A stretch of DNA of 64,000 bases from Alphaproteobacteria bacterium (GCA_965225945.1 CBDDBZ010000024.1:32001-96000), one strand, 5' to 3'. Shown: positions 1 to 10,511, numbered from the stretch's first letter. Notes: a model not told the origin generated them from the letters alone. Program-made: numbers and translations.

Positions 1-16
1 AACCAAAGATACTCCG

Positions 17-105
17 GGATTCGGGGTCGCGTCCTGCATCTTGGATGGGGTTGCGGCGTCGGGGGGCCCGATCTCGAAGTATCGAATTCTTGCCCCGATC
101 CCGAA
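17..105. repeat. ~87-bp dispersed REP-like repeat, copy 1 (copy 2 at ~2314-2401)
   Basis: ttcggggtcgcgtc(c/t)tgcatcttg...gccccgatcccgaa is present at both sites with scattered substitutions; it is followed here by aaaaaggggtcaggcaccttttcc. Confidence 0.75.
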
Positions 106-339
106 AAAGGGGTCAGGCACCTTTTCCATGGGGGCGAAGTCGCCGCCGGGGCGACGGCGTGAGGAGGCGAAGGCCGGACTTCCGTTCCCTACCTCTCCGC
201 CGGATTGCCGCTCCTGGCCCGGTCCTGGAGGCGCCGAGCCCGGCTTCCCGAGCACGACGCGCCCGGCGCCCTCGACGCGGTGGTGGTGCGGCGGGCGGCG
301 CGAGGGTGAAACGCGAAACCCCGGTCGCCCGGGCCGGGA

Positions 340-777
340 CTACATGCGCTCGGTGACGTCGGCCCAGCGCACCGAGAAGTTGGCCTTGTCCTTCGACGGG
401 TCCCAGTCCATTCGCCAGTGTTTGAGGACATCCCTACCGAGAAGCGACTTGACGCCATCGAGATCGGGGTTCGGCGGCAAGATGTCGATTGTGATGGCGT
501 AGTGCTACAGCCGGCGGCGCGTCACATCCTTGAACGTGAGCGTGGCCGGTTCCAGGAACGTCGGCGTCGTGCCGCCGACACCCGTGGCAAAGTCGGAGCA
601 TGGCAACTGGCTGTAGTCCAGCCCGATGTTCTGGCCGTCGGACGGCATCAGTGTCGTCGAATCGGCGCCGGTGTCCACCAAGAACGAGATCTGGCCGAAC
701 AGTTGCTGGCTTGCCGGATAGAGCACGCCTTCGAGATAGGGCGCTCCCGATCTATCGCCGATGCGCCCGGTGATCAC
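340..777 (-). pseudogene. Retropepsin-like (clan AA) aspartic protease with in-frame TAG at 505-507
   Basis: FLVDTGADSTTL catalytic motif; the frame continues past the TAG into HYAITIDIL...SLLGRDVLKHW (LLGRD motif) to a stop at 340. Confidence 0.8.
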
Positions 778-780
778 GTT

Positions 781-1071
781 TTACAGAATCAAGGTTCGCG
801 GCTTGCGCTCGATGAGGTGGACGATCACCTTGGAGCGCGGGATGCCGAGTCTGTCGACTTCGGCGAGAAGGTCGTCGAGGTTTTCGGCGGAGGCCTGGAC
901 GCCGGCCCTCGCCACGGCGATCCACTTGTCCGGGTACTCGTCGATGAAGCGCGGCTGCTCGCTCGAAAGCAGGCTCGCGGCCTCGCTGAACTCCGCCAGT
1001 GAGGCGGCGACTTCCGCGGCGGTCTCTTTCCTGTTGTTGATCATGTTCATGACAGCGGCTTTGCCGGTCAT
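781..1071 (-). CDS. Small DUF5678-like protein, partner of the aspartic protease
   Basis: 96 aa with a YPDKWIAV...ASAENLDDLL pattern, directly upstream of the protease. Confidence 0.6.
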   Translation of the reverse strand: MTGKAAVMNMINNRKETAAEVAASLAEFSEAASLLSSEQPRFIDEYPDKWIAVARAGVQASAENLDDLLAEVDRLGIPRSKVIVHLIERKPRTLIL

Positions 1072-1112
1072 GTCGATCTCCCGTGTGTCTCATCCCCGTG
1101 CTCAAAATTGTA

Positions 1113-2142
1113 CCTGATTACGCACTTTACTCAGCCGGATTGATGTGGTACAAATCGTGAACATTTGGTGGTTTTACAGGAGATTCACGATGCCACGCAA
1201 CAAGGTTCAGTTCCAGAAGGGGCTCAGCGAGCCGCGTTTTCGTGAGTTGTACGGTAGCGAGGAGCAGTGTCGCGAGGCCCTGTTCCGCTGGCGCTGGCCG
1301 GAGGGGTTCGCCTGCCCCCGATGTGGCGCCACGCGCCATTGCGAGATCGCCGGGCGAAAACTCTACCAATGCGCCGCCTGCCGTCATCAAGTCTCGCTGA
1401 CCGCCGGCACGCTCTTCCACGCGACCAAGCTGGCGCTGACCCTGTGGTTCTCGGCGATCTATCACATGACCCAATCGAAGAAAGGGATCTCCTCCCTCGA
1501 ACTCGGCCGGCGGCTCGGCGTCACCCAGACCACGGCCTGGAAGATCAAGCAGAAACTGATGCAGTCCATGCTCGAGCGCGATGCCAAATTGCCGCTCACC
1601 GGGCGGGTGGAGATGGACGATGCCTACCTCGGCGGCCGGCGTTCCGGGGCCAAGCGCGGCCGGGGCGCGCCGGGCAAGACACCGTTCGTCGCCGCCGTCC
1701 AGACCACGGCGGAGGGCCAGCCCGTGCGCATCAAGCTCCGCCGCGTCAAGGGCTTCCGCAAGAGCGAGATCGCCAAGATGGCCAAGCGCGACCTGAGCCC
1801 TGGGGCGACCGTTTTCAGCGACGGGCTCAACTGCTTCACCGCCGTCACCACGCGGGGCTGTGCGCATCATCCGATATCCACCGGCTCCGGACCCGGGGCC
1901 GTCGCCGTGCCCGCCTTCAAATGGGTCAACACGACCCTCGGCAACCTCAAAAACACCCTGCGCGGTACCTGCCATGCGATCCGACCCAAGCATGTGCCGC
2001 GCTACCTGGCGGCGTTCCAGTACCGATACAACCGCCGCTACCGGCTCGCCGACATGATCGAAGCCCTCGGCCGCGATGCCCTGCGCACGCCGCCCATGCC
2101 ATATCGGCTCCTGAAGTTGGCTGAGGTTAGTGCGTAATCAGG
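1113..2142 (+). mobile_element. IS1595-family IS, copy 1 (1030 bp)
   Basis: TIRs cctgattacgcact / agtgcgtaatcagg; 8-bp TSD aaattgta at 1105-1112 and 2143-2150. Confidence 0.95.
1190..2137 (+). CDS. IS1595-family transposase
   Basis: N-terminal CPRC...CAAC Zn ribbon; VEMDDAYLGG, FSDG and RYLAAFQYRYNRR motifs. Confidence 0.93.
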   Translation: MPRNKVQFQKGLSEPRFRELYGSEEQCREALFRWRWPEGFACPRCGATRHCEIAGRKLYQCAACRHQVSLTAGTLFHATKLALTLWFSAIYHMTQSKKGISSLELGRRLGVTQTTAWKIKQKLMQSMLERDAKLPLTGRVEMDDAYLGGRRSGAKRGRGAPGKTPFVAAVQTTAEGQPVRIKLRRVKGFRKSEIAKMAKRDLSPGATVFSDGLNCFTAVTTRGCAHHPISTGSGPGAVAVPAFKWVNTTLGNLKNTLRGTCHAIRPKHVPRYLAAFQYRYNRRYRLADMIEALGRDALRTPPMPYRLLKLAEVSA

Positions 2143-2275
2143 AAATTGTAACACGGGGCGCAAGGGGGCAAGCGAGGCTGATCGTCGCGTGTGACGAGCT
2201 AGTGACGGTGGTCACTCGATCCCAGGCTCGGCGGGCTCCGCCGGCATCCCGGACCTTCCGCCACTCGGCGACGCG

Positions 2276-2401
2276 CGGGTTCGGGGTCGCGGGTTCGGGG
2301 TCGCGTCTTGCGGGGTTCGGGGTCGCGTCTTGCATCTTGCATGGGGTTGCGGCGTCGGGGGAGCCGGTCTCGAAGTGTCGAATGCTCGCCCCGATCCCGA
2401 A
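2276..2401. repeat. REP-like repeat copy 2 with tandem GGTTCGGGGTCGCG units
   Basis: Three ttcggggtcgcg units followed by a match to 17-105. Confidence 0.7.
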
Positions 2402-3064
2402 CCACGCCATCGCCCACACCCCGCCGTCGAGCCATGGCGGCGAAACCGCCCGCGCTCGAAGGGCGTGGAACGACGCCATGGTGACGTCGGGACGATCCGC
2501 GGCCCTTCGCCCCCTCGCGCCCTCCACAGCGACCAAAACTCGTCATTTCGGGCCGATTCGGCCTCATTCGTGACGGTTTTTGATGCCCAAATGAGCGCCT
2601 TTTGAACCCCCCGGGCGATGTGCCTCCGGACGTATATTTGACATAATCCGAGACCGGCGCAGCCGTCCCGAGGGCCCGCTCGGCGGCGGGCGGCGGGGCC
2701 CGGCGGGGCGCCCGGGCATCGTGGCGGACGCAGGGCGGGGGCCGGAAACCCCCATCGATTCAATCTCTTCCGCTCCCGCCACCGGCGCCTTGCGGCGCCT
2801 CGCGCGGCACGCCATATAGGAGACATGAGCCACACGCATCCGACGCGTTCGGCGATAGACGTTCGCGCCGATCCCCGGCCGGGCGGCGGGGCCGGTTCGC
2901 GCCGGTTTTCGCGCCGGCGTGGTGAAAAACCATCATTCCTCGTCGCGCGGGCCGGGCGTGGGGTCCGGGAACTCGCGAAGCTCGAGCTCGCGATCACCGG
3001 TGAAGACGACACCTCTCATCGATTCCTCCTCGTAAATCGGCGGACCGCCTCGCCATGCTCGCCG

Positions 3065-4039
3065 TCAGCCCACCGACTCCTTCGCCTGTTTCGCCGCCTC
3101 GGCCGCCGGCGCGCCGGAGATCACCGGCAGGCCGCGCTCGCGGTAAGGGGTACGGCCGAAGAAGGCGCGGTAGCACTTGGTGAAGTGGGAGGCCGAGACG
3201 AAACCGCAGGCGAGCGCCACGTTCATCACCGACATCGTGGTCTGCAACAGCAACAGCCGCGCCCGGTGCAGCCTCAGCTCGAGATAATAGCGGGCGGGCG
3301 AGCGGTTGAGATACTTGCGGAACAGCCGCTCGAGCCGGCGGGTCGAGAGGCCGGCCTGGCGGGCCAGCGCGGTGCGGCTCAACGGCTCTTCCAGGTGCTG
3401 CTCCATCATCTCGATGATCACGAGCAGCTTCGGGTGGCGGACGCCCAGCCGGCCCGGGAGCGAGAGCCGCTGGTGTTCGCCCGGCGGGCGGATCCGCTCG
3501 TGAATCATCTGCTCGGCGATGTCGCCGGCCAGCTCCTGGCCGTGCTCGCCGGCGATCAGGTCCAGCATCATGTCGATCGAGGCGGTGCCGCCGGCACTGG
3601 TCATCCGGTTGCGGTCGAGCTCGAAGAGCTGCGCCGTCACCATGATATCGGGAAATTCCTCGGTGAAGGAGGCCAGGTTTTCCCAGTGGATGGTACAGCG
3701 GTAGCCGTCCAGCAGGCCGGCCCTGGCCAGCACGTGGGTGCCGGTGCAGATCGCGCCGACGGCGACGCCCGTGCGATCCATCCGCCTGAGCCAGGAGAGC
3801 GGCGCGGAAGCGGCGAAACGATGGATGTCGATGCCGCCGCACACGATCACACCCGACAGCCGTCCGGCCTCCTGGATCGCCACGTCCGCATGTACCGTGA
3901 CGCCGTTGGAGCAACGGACCGGGGCGCCGTCGAGGGAGAGGATTTCCCATTCGTAGAGGCCCCGGCCGCTCAGCCGGTTGGCGATGCGCAACGGCTCGAT
4001 GGCGTTGGTGAAGGCGGCCATCGAGAAGTTGGGCACCAA
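3065..4039 (-). CDS. GlxA-family AraC regulator (DJ-1/PfpI + HTH); true start uncertain
   Basis: GAICTG, TIHWEN, TSAGG and C-terminal AraC ACGFVSASHFTKCYR; an in-frame TGA lies just upstream of the conserved RVGFLLVPNF. Confidence 0.9.
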   Translation of the reverse strand: MVPNFSMAAFTNAIEPLRIANRLSGRGLYEWEILSLDGAPVRCSNGVTVHADVAIQEAGRLSGVIVCGGIDIHRFAASAPLSWLRRMDRTGVAVGAICTGTHVLARAGLLDGYRCTIHWENLASFTEEFPDIMVTAQLFELDRNRMTSAGGTASIDMMLDLIAGEHGQELAGDIAEQMIHERIRPPGEHQRLSLPGRLGVRHPKLLVIIEMMEQHLEEPLSRTALARQAGLSTRRLERLFRKYLNRSPARYYLELRLHRARLLLLQTTMSVMNVALACGFVSASHFTKCYRAFFGRTPYRERGLPVISGAPAAEAAKQAKESVG

Positions 4040-4183
4040 CAGGAAGCCGACGCGGTGCGGAATGTTCCCGGAGAATCGGAATCACAATCGCCTGGCCCCG
4101 CCCGCTCCGCGCTGGCCCCGGACCGTCGGCGCGCGCTACCATCCGCCTCCAAGCAGAAAGTCCGGTCGAGGGGAGCGGCGGCA

Positions 4184-5383
4184 ATGGACCTGGGATTCAA
4201 GCCCGAGGAATTGGCCTTTCGCGACGAGGTGCGCGACTTCCTCCGGAACCATCTGCCCGACGACATTCGCGAGGCGACGGTGCGGAGCCCGTCCTACGTC
4301 GACAAGGAGATGATGGTCCGCTGGCAGCGCATCCTCGACGATCGCGGCTGGATCGCGCCGGCCTGGCCCGAGGAACACGGCGGCCCCGGCTGGAACCTCG
4401 TCCAGCGCTATATCTACGACGAGGAATATCAGGCCGCCGATGCCCCGCGTGTCAGCCCCTTCGGCATCACCATGGTGGGCCCGGTGATCTACACCTTCGG
4501 CGACGCAGGCCAGCAGGCCCACTACCTGCCTCGCATCCTGGCAAGCGAGGATTTCTGGTGTCAGGGCTATTCGGAGCGCGGCGCCGGCTCCGACCTCGCC
4601 TCGCTGCAAACCCGAGGCGTTCGGGACGGCGACGACTACGTGGTGAACGGTCACAAGATCTGGACCTCGCATGCCCACCACGCCGATATGATGTTCTGCC
4701 TCGTGCGCACGGACAGCGAGGTCAAGGCGCAAGCCGGCATCAGCTTCCTGCTGATCGACATGGCGAGCCCGGGTATCACGGTGCGCCCGATCGTCTCCAT
4801 CGACAAGGCCCACTATCTGAACGAGGTCTTCCTCGACGACGTCCGTGTCCCCGCCGCCAACCGCGTCGGCGAGGAGAACAAGGGCTGGACCTACGCCAAG
4901 TTCCTGCTCGGCAACGAGCGGACGGGAATTGCCGGAGTCGCCAAGTCGAAGCGCAAGCTGGAGCGGCTGCGCGCGATCGCCGCGCGCGAATGCGACGAAG
5001 GCGCGGCGCTGATCGAGGAGGCGGCCTTCGCCCGCCGCCTGGCCGATATCGAGGCGCGATTGACGGCGCTGGAGTTCACCAGCCTCCGCCTGCTGGCCCG
5101 CGACCGCGACGGCGCGGGCTCGGGCGCCGAGGCCTCGATGCTGAAGATCCGGGGCACCGAAATCGAGCAGGACCTGAACGAGGCGGTGATCCAGGCGATA
5201 GCCTTATACGCCGCGCCCTACCCGAGCGAGCCGCCCCGGCCGGAGCGGAACGAGCCGGAAATCGGCCCCGAGCACGCGGCCGGCAAGATGTCGGAACACT
5301 TGCTGCGCCGCGCCGCTTCCATCTACGGCGGCAGCAACGAGATCCAGCGCGGGATCATCGCCAAGTTGGTGCTGGGGCTCTGA
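4184..5383 (+). CDS. Acyl-CoA dehydrogenase (PimC-like)
   Basis: WCQGYSERGAGSDLASL, NGHKIWTS and SIYGGSNEIQRGII motifs. Confidence 0.93.
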   Translation: MDLGFKPEELAFRDEVRDFLRNHLPDDIREATVRSPSYVDKEMMVRWQRILDDRGWIAPAWPEEHGGPGWNLVQRYIYDEEYQAADAPRVSPFGITMVGPVIYTFGDAGQQAHYLPRILASEDFWCQGYSERGAGSDLASLQTRGVRDGDDYVVNGHKIWTSHAHHADMMFCLVRTDSEVKAQAGISFLLIDMASPGITVRPIVSIDKAHYLNEVFLDDVRVPAANRVGEENKGWTYAKFLLGNERTGIAGVAKSKRKLERLRAIAARECDEGAALIEEAAFARRLADIEARLTALEFTSLRLLARDRDGAGSGAEASMLKIRGTEIEQDLNEAVIQAIALYAAPYPSEPPRPERNEPEIGPEHAAGKMSEHLLRRAASIYGGSNEIQRGIIAKLVLGL

Positions 5384-5491
5384 GCGCGAGGGAACCGGCT
5401 GGTCTCCTCGGTTTCCGGCCGATGCGCTGACATCAACCGCCGGATCATGCTCAAAGTGAGGCGCCGACCGAATTCGGGGTACCCGACCGGG

Positions 5492-7123
5492 CTATTCACC
5501 GCCACCCAACAGGCGTTTGGCCTCCTCGCGCAGCTCGGTCTTGCGGATCTTGCCGCTGGCGGTCATCGCGAATTCGTCGACGAAGATCACGTGTCGCGGG
5601 AGCTTGAAGCTCGCGACGTGGCCGCGGCAGAAGCCGATGACCGCCTCCTCGGTGATCTCGACGCCGGGCGCGGCCTGCACGAAGGCCACGGCGACCTCCG
5701 AGAGGCGCGCGTCGGCAAGGCCGACCACGGCGACCTGGAACACCTCGTCGCGTTCCAGCAGCAGGCCCTCGACCTCCATCGGATCGACGTTCTCGCCGCC
5801 GACTTTCAGCATGTCCTTGTAGCGGCCGAGGAAGCGGAGATAGCCGTCGGCCAGCAGGACGCCCGTGTCGCCGGTGTGGAACCAGCCGTCCGCGTCGTAG
5901 GCGGCCGCCGTCTCCTCCGGCTTCTCGTAATAGCCGAGCATCAGGGCATCGCCCTTGACAATCAGCTCGCCGGGGATGCCGGCGGGTTGGTCGACGCCGG
6001 TCTCGGGATCGACGACGCGACACTGGTAGCCGAGCGCCGGGTAGCCCGAGGTCTCGCAGCGATGCGCCTCGTCGTCGTCGAGCGACCCGAGCGAAACGCC
6101 GAGCCAAATCTCGGTCATGCCGTAGCCGGAGACCGTGTGCAGCGGCGCCAAGACCCGGGCCCCGCGCCGCGCGATGGGCGTCGCGCTCAACATGCCGGCG
6201 GCGAAGATGCCGACGCGGAGCGTGGAGAGATCGCGCGGACGCGCCTCCTGCGCCTCTGTCAAAGCCTTCATGTGCGCCTCGAAGCCGTGCATCATCGTGA
6301 CCCCTTCGCGCTCGACCAGGTCCAGACATTCGTCGGGATCGAAAGTCTCGGTGATGACCTGCTTGGCGCCCGTCACCATGGCCATCAGCGCACCCTCCGA
6401 ATAGCCGAAGGCGTGGAACAGCGGCAGATAGTTGAGGACCACGTCGATCGGCGTGATCGCCATGCGGAAGCCGCGTCGCTCGATGTTCGGGATCAATTTG
6501 TGGCTGTGCATCGCCCCCTTGGGAAACCCGGTGGTGCCGGAGGTGTACATGATCATCACCGGATCGTCCGGGTCCACGGCGTCGGCCCGCGCCCGGAGAT
6601 CCGCCTCGGAGACCGCCTCGCCCTCGGCCTTCGCCTGGTCCCAGGAGACGGCGCCCGCCGCGACCTCCGCCCCCACGATCACCAGCCGTCGCATCTTGGG
6701 CACGCTCGCATCGTCGATCTCGATGCCCGTCTCCGGCATCGACAGCACCTCGCGCGCCATCGCCTGATAGTCGATCGGCCCCGAACGGTCGTGGGTGATC
6801 AGCATGACGCTGTCCGATTGGCCGACCACATAGTCGAGGTCGCGGGTCCGGAAGCGGGTGTTGATCGGCACCTGGACCGCGCCGATCTTGGCCAGCGCGA
6901 AGCTGATGAAGATCCAGTGGTCACAATTGTTGAGCCAGAGCGCCACGTGTTCGCCCGGCCCGATGCCCTGGACCATCAGCGCCTTGGCGGCGCGGTCTAT
7001 CTCCGCCGCCTGGGCCCGAAAATCATGGCGGCGATTCTGGAACACCAGCGCCTCGCGCTCTGGATGACGCGCGGCCATGTCGTCGGCGAGATCGCCGAAC
7101 CGTCGCTTCGCGTACCACTCCAT
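5492..7123 (-). CDS. AMP-binding acyl-CoA ligase
   Basis: YTSGTTGFPKG, GYGMTE, GWFHTGD and KVGGENVDPMEVE; start MEWYAKRRF with an aggag RBS. Confidence 0.93.
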   Translation of the reverse strand: MEWYAKRRFGDLADDMAARHPEREALVFQNRRHDFRAQAAEIDRAAKALMVQGIGPGEHVALWLNNCDHWIFISFALAKIGAVQVPINTRFRTRDLDYVVGQSDSVMLITHDRSGPIDYQAMAREVLSMPETGIEIDDASVPKMRRLVIVGAEVAAGAVSWDQAKAEGEAVSEADLRARADAVDPDDPVMIMYTSGTTGFPKGAMHSHKLIPNIERRGFRMAITPIDVVLNYLPLFHAFGYSEGALMAMVTGAKQVITETFDPDECLDLVEREGVTMMHGFEAHMKALTEAQEARPRDLSTLRVGIFAAGMLSATPIARRGARVLAPLHTVSGYGMTEIWLGVSLGSLDDDEAHRCETSGYPALGYQCRVVDPETGVDQPAGIPGELIVKGDALMLGYYEKPEETAAAYDADGWFHTGDTGVLLADGYLRFLGRYKDMLKVGGENVDPMEVEGLLLERDEVFQVAVVGLADARLSEVAVAFVQAAPGVEITEEAVIGFCRGHVASFKLPRHVIFVDEFAMTASGKIRKTELREEAKRLLGGGE

Positions 7124-7158
7124 CGCCTCGCTCCTCGTCGTTGCGCGGGCCGAAAGTC

Positions 7159-8172
7159 TCAATGCCGGTTGGCGAGGTCCAGAAAGTCCCGGTTGACGCA
7201 GTTCCTGAGCTCGCCGTCCCGAAGGTAGCCGAGCATGGAGCGGAACGCCTTGGCCCGAAGATCGCGCTGCCCCGGCACGCTGTAGAAGGCGGCGTGGGGC
7301 GAGAGCAAGAGGCGCCCGTCGATCCAGTCCTCGCGGGCGGTGAAGGCGCGGATCAGGGGATGGTCCTCCGGCGGCTCGCTCGGCAGCACGTCGAGGGCGG
7401 CGCCGGCGATTCGGCCCTCCCTGAGCGCGTCGTACAGCGCGTCGATGTCGACCACCGGTCCCCGGCTGGTGTTGACCAGCACGGTCGTCGGCTTGGCCCG
7501 GGTCAGCAGGTCGGCATCGACCAGGCGCTCGGTTTCGGCGCTCAAGGGCGTGTGCAGGCTGATGGTATCCGCCGTCTCGAACAATTCCTCGACGCATCCC
7601 ATGCGGCGATAGCCGGTGGCTAGATCAGCGCCGTCGGGGAGGTAGGGGTCATGAAACACGACGTCCATGTCGAAGGCCCGGGCGCGCCTGGCGGCGGCGG
7701 TGCCGATCCGCCCGAGGCCGACGATGCCGAAGGTCGTGCCGCGCAGCCGCATGAGGCAACGCTCCGCCGCGTAGTCCCAATTGCCGCGCGGATCGGCGCG
7801 CAGGCAATCGTTGTAGCGGACCACCGCGCGCCTGAGCGCCAGCGCCATGGCGATGGCGTGGTCGGCGACCTCGGTGGTGCCGTAGTCGGGGACGTTGCAG
7901 ACGGCGATGCCGCGGGCGCCGAAACCTTCCAGGTCCAGGCCGTCGAAGCCGACCCCGCCGCGCACCACCATCCGGCAGTTCTCCATCAGCCCCATCCGCG
8001 TCGTCACCAGCGGAGTACAGCGAAACACCAGGATGGCGTCCGCCTCGGCCCAGGAGTCCTCCGGCACCGCCTCGCCGTCGTCATGGACGTCGAGCGTAAC
8101 GTCGAGTCCGGCGGTGATTTCCTCCTCGACCTCGAGGCCTTCCCACATCTTGTCGGTGATCAGAATACGCAC
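7159..8172 (-). CDS. D-isomer 2-hydroxyacid dehydrogenase (CtBP-like)
   Basis: GIVGLGRIG, VNTSRGPVVD, AALDV and SPHAAFYS motifs. Confidence 0.92.
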   Translation of the reverse strand: MRILITDKMWEGLEVEEEITAGLDVTLDVHDDGEAVPEDSWAEADAILVFRCTPLVTTRMGLMENCRMVVRGGVGFDGLDLEGFGARGIAVCNVPDYGTTEVADHAIAMALALRRAVVRYNDCLRADPRGNWDYAAERCLMRLRGTTFGIVGLGRIGTAAARRARAFDMDVVFHDPYLPDGADLATGYRRMGCVEELFETADTISLHTPLSAETERLVDADLLTRAKPTTVLVNTSRGPVVDIDALYDALREGRIAGAALDVLPSEPPEDHPLIRAFTAREDWIDGRLLLSPHAAFYSVPGQRDLRAKAFRSMLGYLRDGELRNCVNRDFLDLANRH

Positions 8173-8517
8173 GCCTCGCTCTCCCTTCCCGCTTTGCCGT
8201 CCCGGCCGGCTGTTCTACCTTCGAGACCCGGGGCGGGACAAGGCGTGGGAACGAAAGCGCTCGCGAACCGTCGATCGAACGCCGCGATCACTGGACGGCG
8301 AGGGCGCGGATCGACTAAGAGTCGACCGACAACCCACGCAGACGATATGTCGGGCCGAAGCGACGATCAGGCGCGGCGTGGAGACGGGCAATGTTGACAC
8401 GGCTAGATTTATTGAACTTCAAGTCTTGGAGACATGCGGATCTGCGCTTCGGCCGCGTTACCGGGCTGTTCGGTCCCAACAGCTCGGGCAAGAGCAGCTT
8501 GCTGCAGTTTCTGTTGA

Positions 8518-8617
8518 TAGCCGGATCGCCTCCTCAATGCGCCTGCGCCGGCCCTTGCCTGCAGTCCAAGGAGACACACTACATATAGTGGGTGTGGGTG
8601 ATAACCGGATAGGCAAG
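8518..8617 (+). mobile_element. Right-end fragment (100 bp, with TIR) of the 755-bp element
   Basis: Identical to 24441-24540. Confidence 0.92.
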
Positions 8618-8688
8618 TATTGCTGACCGGGCTGTTCGGTCCCAACAGCTCGGGCAAGAACAGTTTCTGTTGATGCTGAAATCAGACT

Positions 8689-8832
8689 AAGAACGCCACC
8701 GACCGGGGATTGGTCCTGGATCTCGGTGGTCCCGACCAGCTCGTCGATCTCGGCACATTTAAGAACGCCACCGACCGGGGATTGGTCCTGGATCTCGGTG
8801 GTCCCGACCAGCTCGTCGATCTCGGCACATTT
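8689..8832. repeat. 72-bp perfect tandem duplication inside the ATPase gene
   Basis: aagaacgccacc...cggcacattt twice (8689-8760, 8761-8832). Confidence 0.92.
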
Positions 8833-9983
8833 CGCGACATGGTGCATGGCCATGACGAAAAAGCGACGATCGCCTGGCGACTGGAGTGGGAGGAATTCGA
8901 GCCGCTCGAAATTCCGGATCCCGCCGGGCGGCGGCGCGATGTCATGCTTTCCGGTCACGAGATGGCCATCGAATGCGAGGTTGCGCTTCGGCGCAATTCG
9001 ATGAGCGCACGCCGATTGATGTACGAGTTCGAAACTGAGAAATACTCTTTAAGGCCAAAACCGACAAAACCCACTGAGTTCGTTCTCGGCTCTAGCTCGT
9101 TACGAGGGCCGGGTTTCGACTTTCAACGCAGCCGCGGTCGAGCCTGGCCGCTTCCTGGACCAATCAAGACGCATCTCTTTCCCGATCAAGCCAAAACATA
9201 CTATCGGAACGCGGATTTTCTCGGCTATTATGAATCTGCATACGAGGAAACAATTGATAACGTCTATTATCTCGGGCCCTTGAGAGTGTATCCGAAACGC
9301 CTATACACATGGGCTGGCGCCAGACCCGTCGATGTTGGTCCACGTGGTGAAAGAACCATTGATGCGATCCTGGCGGCGACTTCAGAAGGCGAATTGTTGA
9401 ACCTTGGTCTCAAAACAAAGCGACGCTCGTTTCAAGAAATGATCGCCCACTGGCTCAAGAAATTGGGGCTTATACAGGAGTTCAGAGTCGACGAACTAGT
9501 GAGCGGATCTAACACATACCGAGCCGTGGTGCTACGCGACCGTCGCGGTTACGAGGCATTGTTGACCGATGTCGGTTTTGGAGTGTCGCAGGTCTTGCCC
9601 GTTCTGGTGCTGCTCTACTATGTTCCAGAGGGCACGACCGTCATCTTGGAACAACCAGAAATTCATCTCCATCCTAGTGTGCAGAGCGGTCTAGCGGATG
9701 TGATATTGAAGGTGGCCGAAACACGCAACGTACAGGTAATCGTCGAAAGTCACAGCGAACACCTACTCCGCCGACTACAGCGTCGCGTTGCGGAAGGCAA
9801 GGTCGACGCCGAAGATATCTGCCTCTATTTCTGCTCCGTTCGTCGGAGTACGTCATCCTTACGAGACCTACAACTCAATAAGTTCGGCGAGATCCAAAAC
9901 TGGCCTGAGTATTTCTTCGGTGACGACTTCGGCGAGGTCGCCGCGACGCAGAAAGCCGGTCTGAAACGGCGAATGGCGGCGGA

Positions 9984-10484
9984 ATGAAGCTCAAAGCGGT
10001 CGTTGACACCAATGTTGCGGTCGTCGCCAACGGTCGTCGCACCCATGCCATCGCTGCGTGTCAATTACGCTGCATCGAACGCCTCGAATCGATCGTCGCC
10101 AGCGGAATGGTTTTGATCGATGATCGACAGCTGATTTTGAACGAGTATCGAAACCGACTTACGCCCACCAGAGGTCCAGCTGCGGGCGATAGGTTCTTCC
10201 TGCATGTATACAGACATCAACATGTAAGTGATCGCGTCCAATCGGTTCCCGTAACGCCGCGGGATGATATGCCGGATCACTTCGAGGAGCTACCGGACGA
10301 TCCCCGGCTGGACACTTTCGATCGTAGGGACCGCAAGTTCGCCGCCGTGGCGCGGGTGGGACGAGCGCCGGTGTGGAACGCGACCGACAGCGATTGGGCG
10401 GAGCACGAACAGGCGCTGCGCGAGAACGGTATCGTCGTGGAGCAGCTCTGCCCGGAGCACGCCACCAGGGACGGACAGCCGTAG
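9984..10484 (+). CDS. PIN-like domain protein coupled to the ATPase
   Basis: VVDTNV N-terminus, DRKFAAVA and NATDSDW; ATGA overlap with the ATPase stop. Confidence 0.75.
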   Translation: MKLKAVVDTNVAVVANGRRTHAIAACQLRCIERLESIVASGMVLIDDRQLILNEYRNRLTPTRGPAAGDRFFLHVYRHQHVSDRVQSVPVTPRDDMPDHFEELPDDPRLDTFDRRDRKFAAVARVGRAPVWNATDSDWAEHEQALRENGIVVEQLCPEHATRDGQP

Positions 10485-10511
10485 CCGGCGTGGGACGAGG
10501 AGGACGCGAAC

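Larger units (their letters stand above)
8391..9987 (+). pseudogene. AAA_21/DUF3696-type ABC-like ATPase, 5' end disrupted
   Basis: NFKSW, Walker A GPNSSGKSS, VGFGVSQVLP, EQPEIHLHP, VESHS; interrupted at 8518-8832 by an element fragment, duplications and indels. Confidence 0.88.

Noticed and set aside
505-507. Stop-codon recoding suggested by in-frame TAGs (505, ~23769) and TAA (60311)
   Set aside because: Many intact genes here end in TAG, and two of the three cases lie in an already disrupted gene or a redundant IS copy; nonsense mutation is simpler.
2825-4183. 852-aa N-terminal extension of the acyl-CoA dehydrogenase, and other long antisense ORFs (5447-7228, 10290-12776, 32870-35401)
   Set aside because: High-GC shadow frames overlapping well-supported genes.
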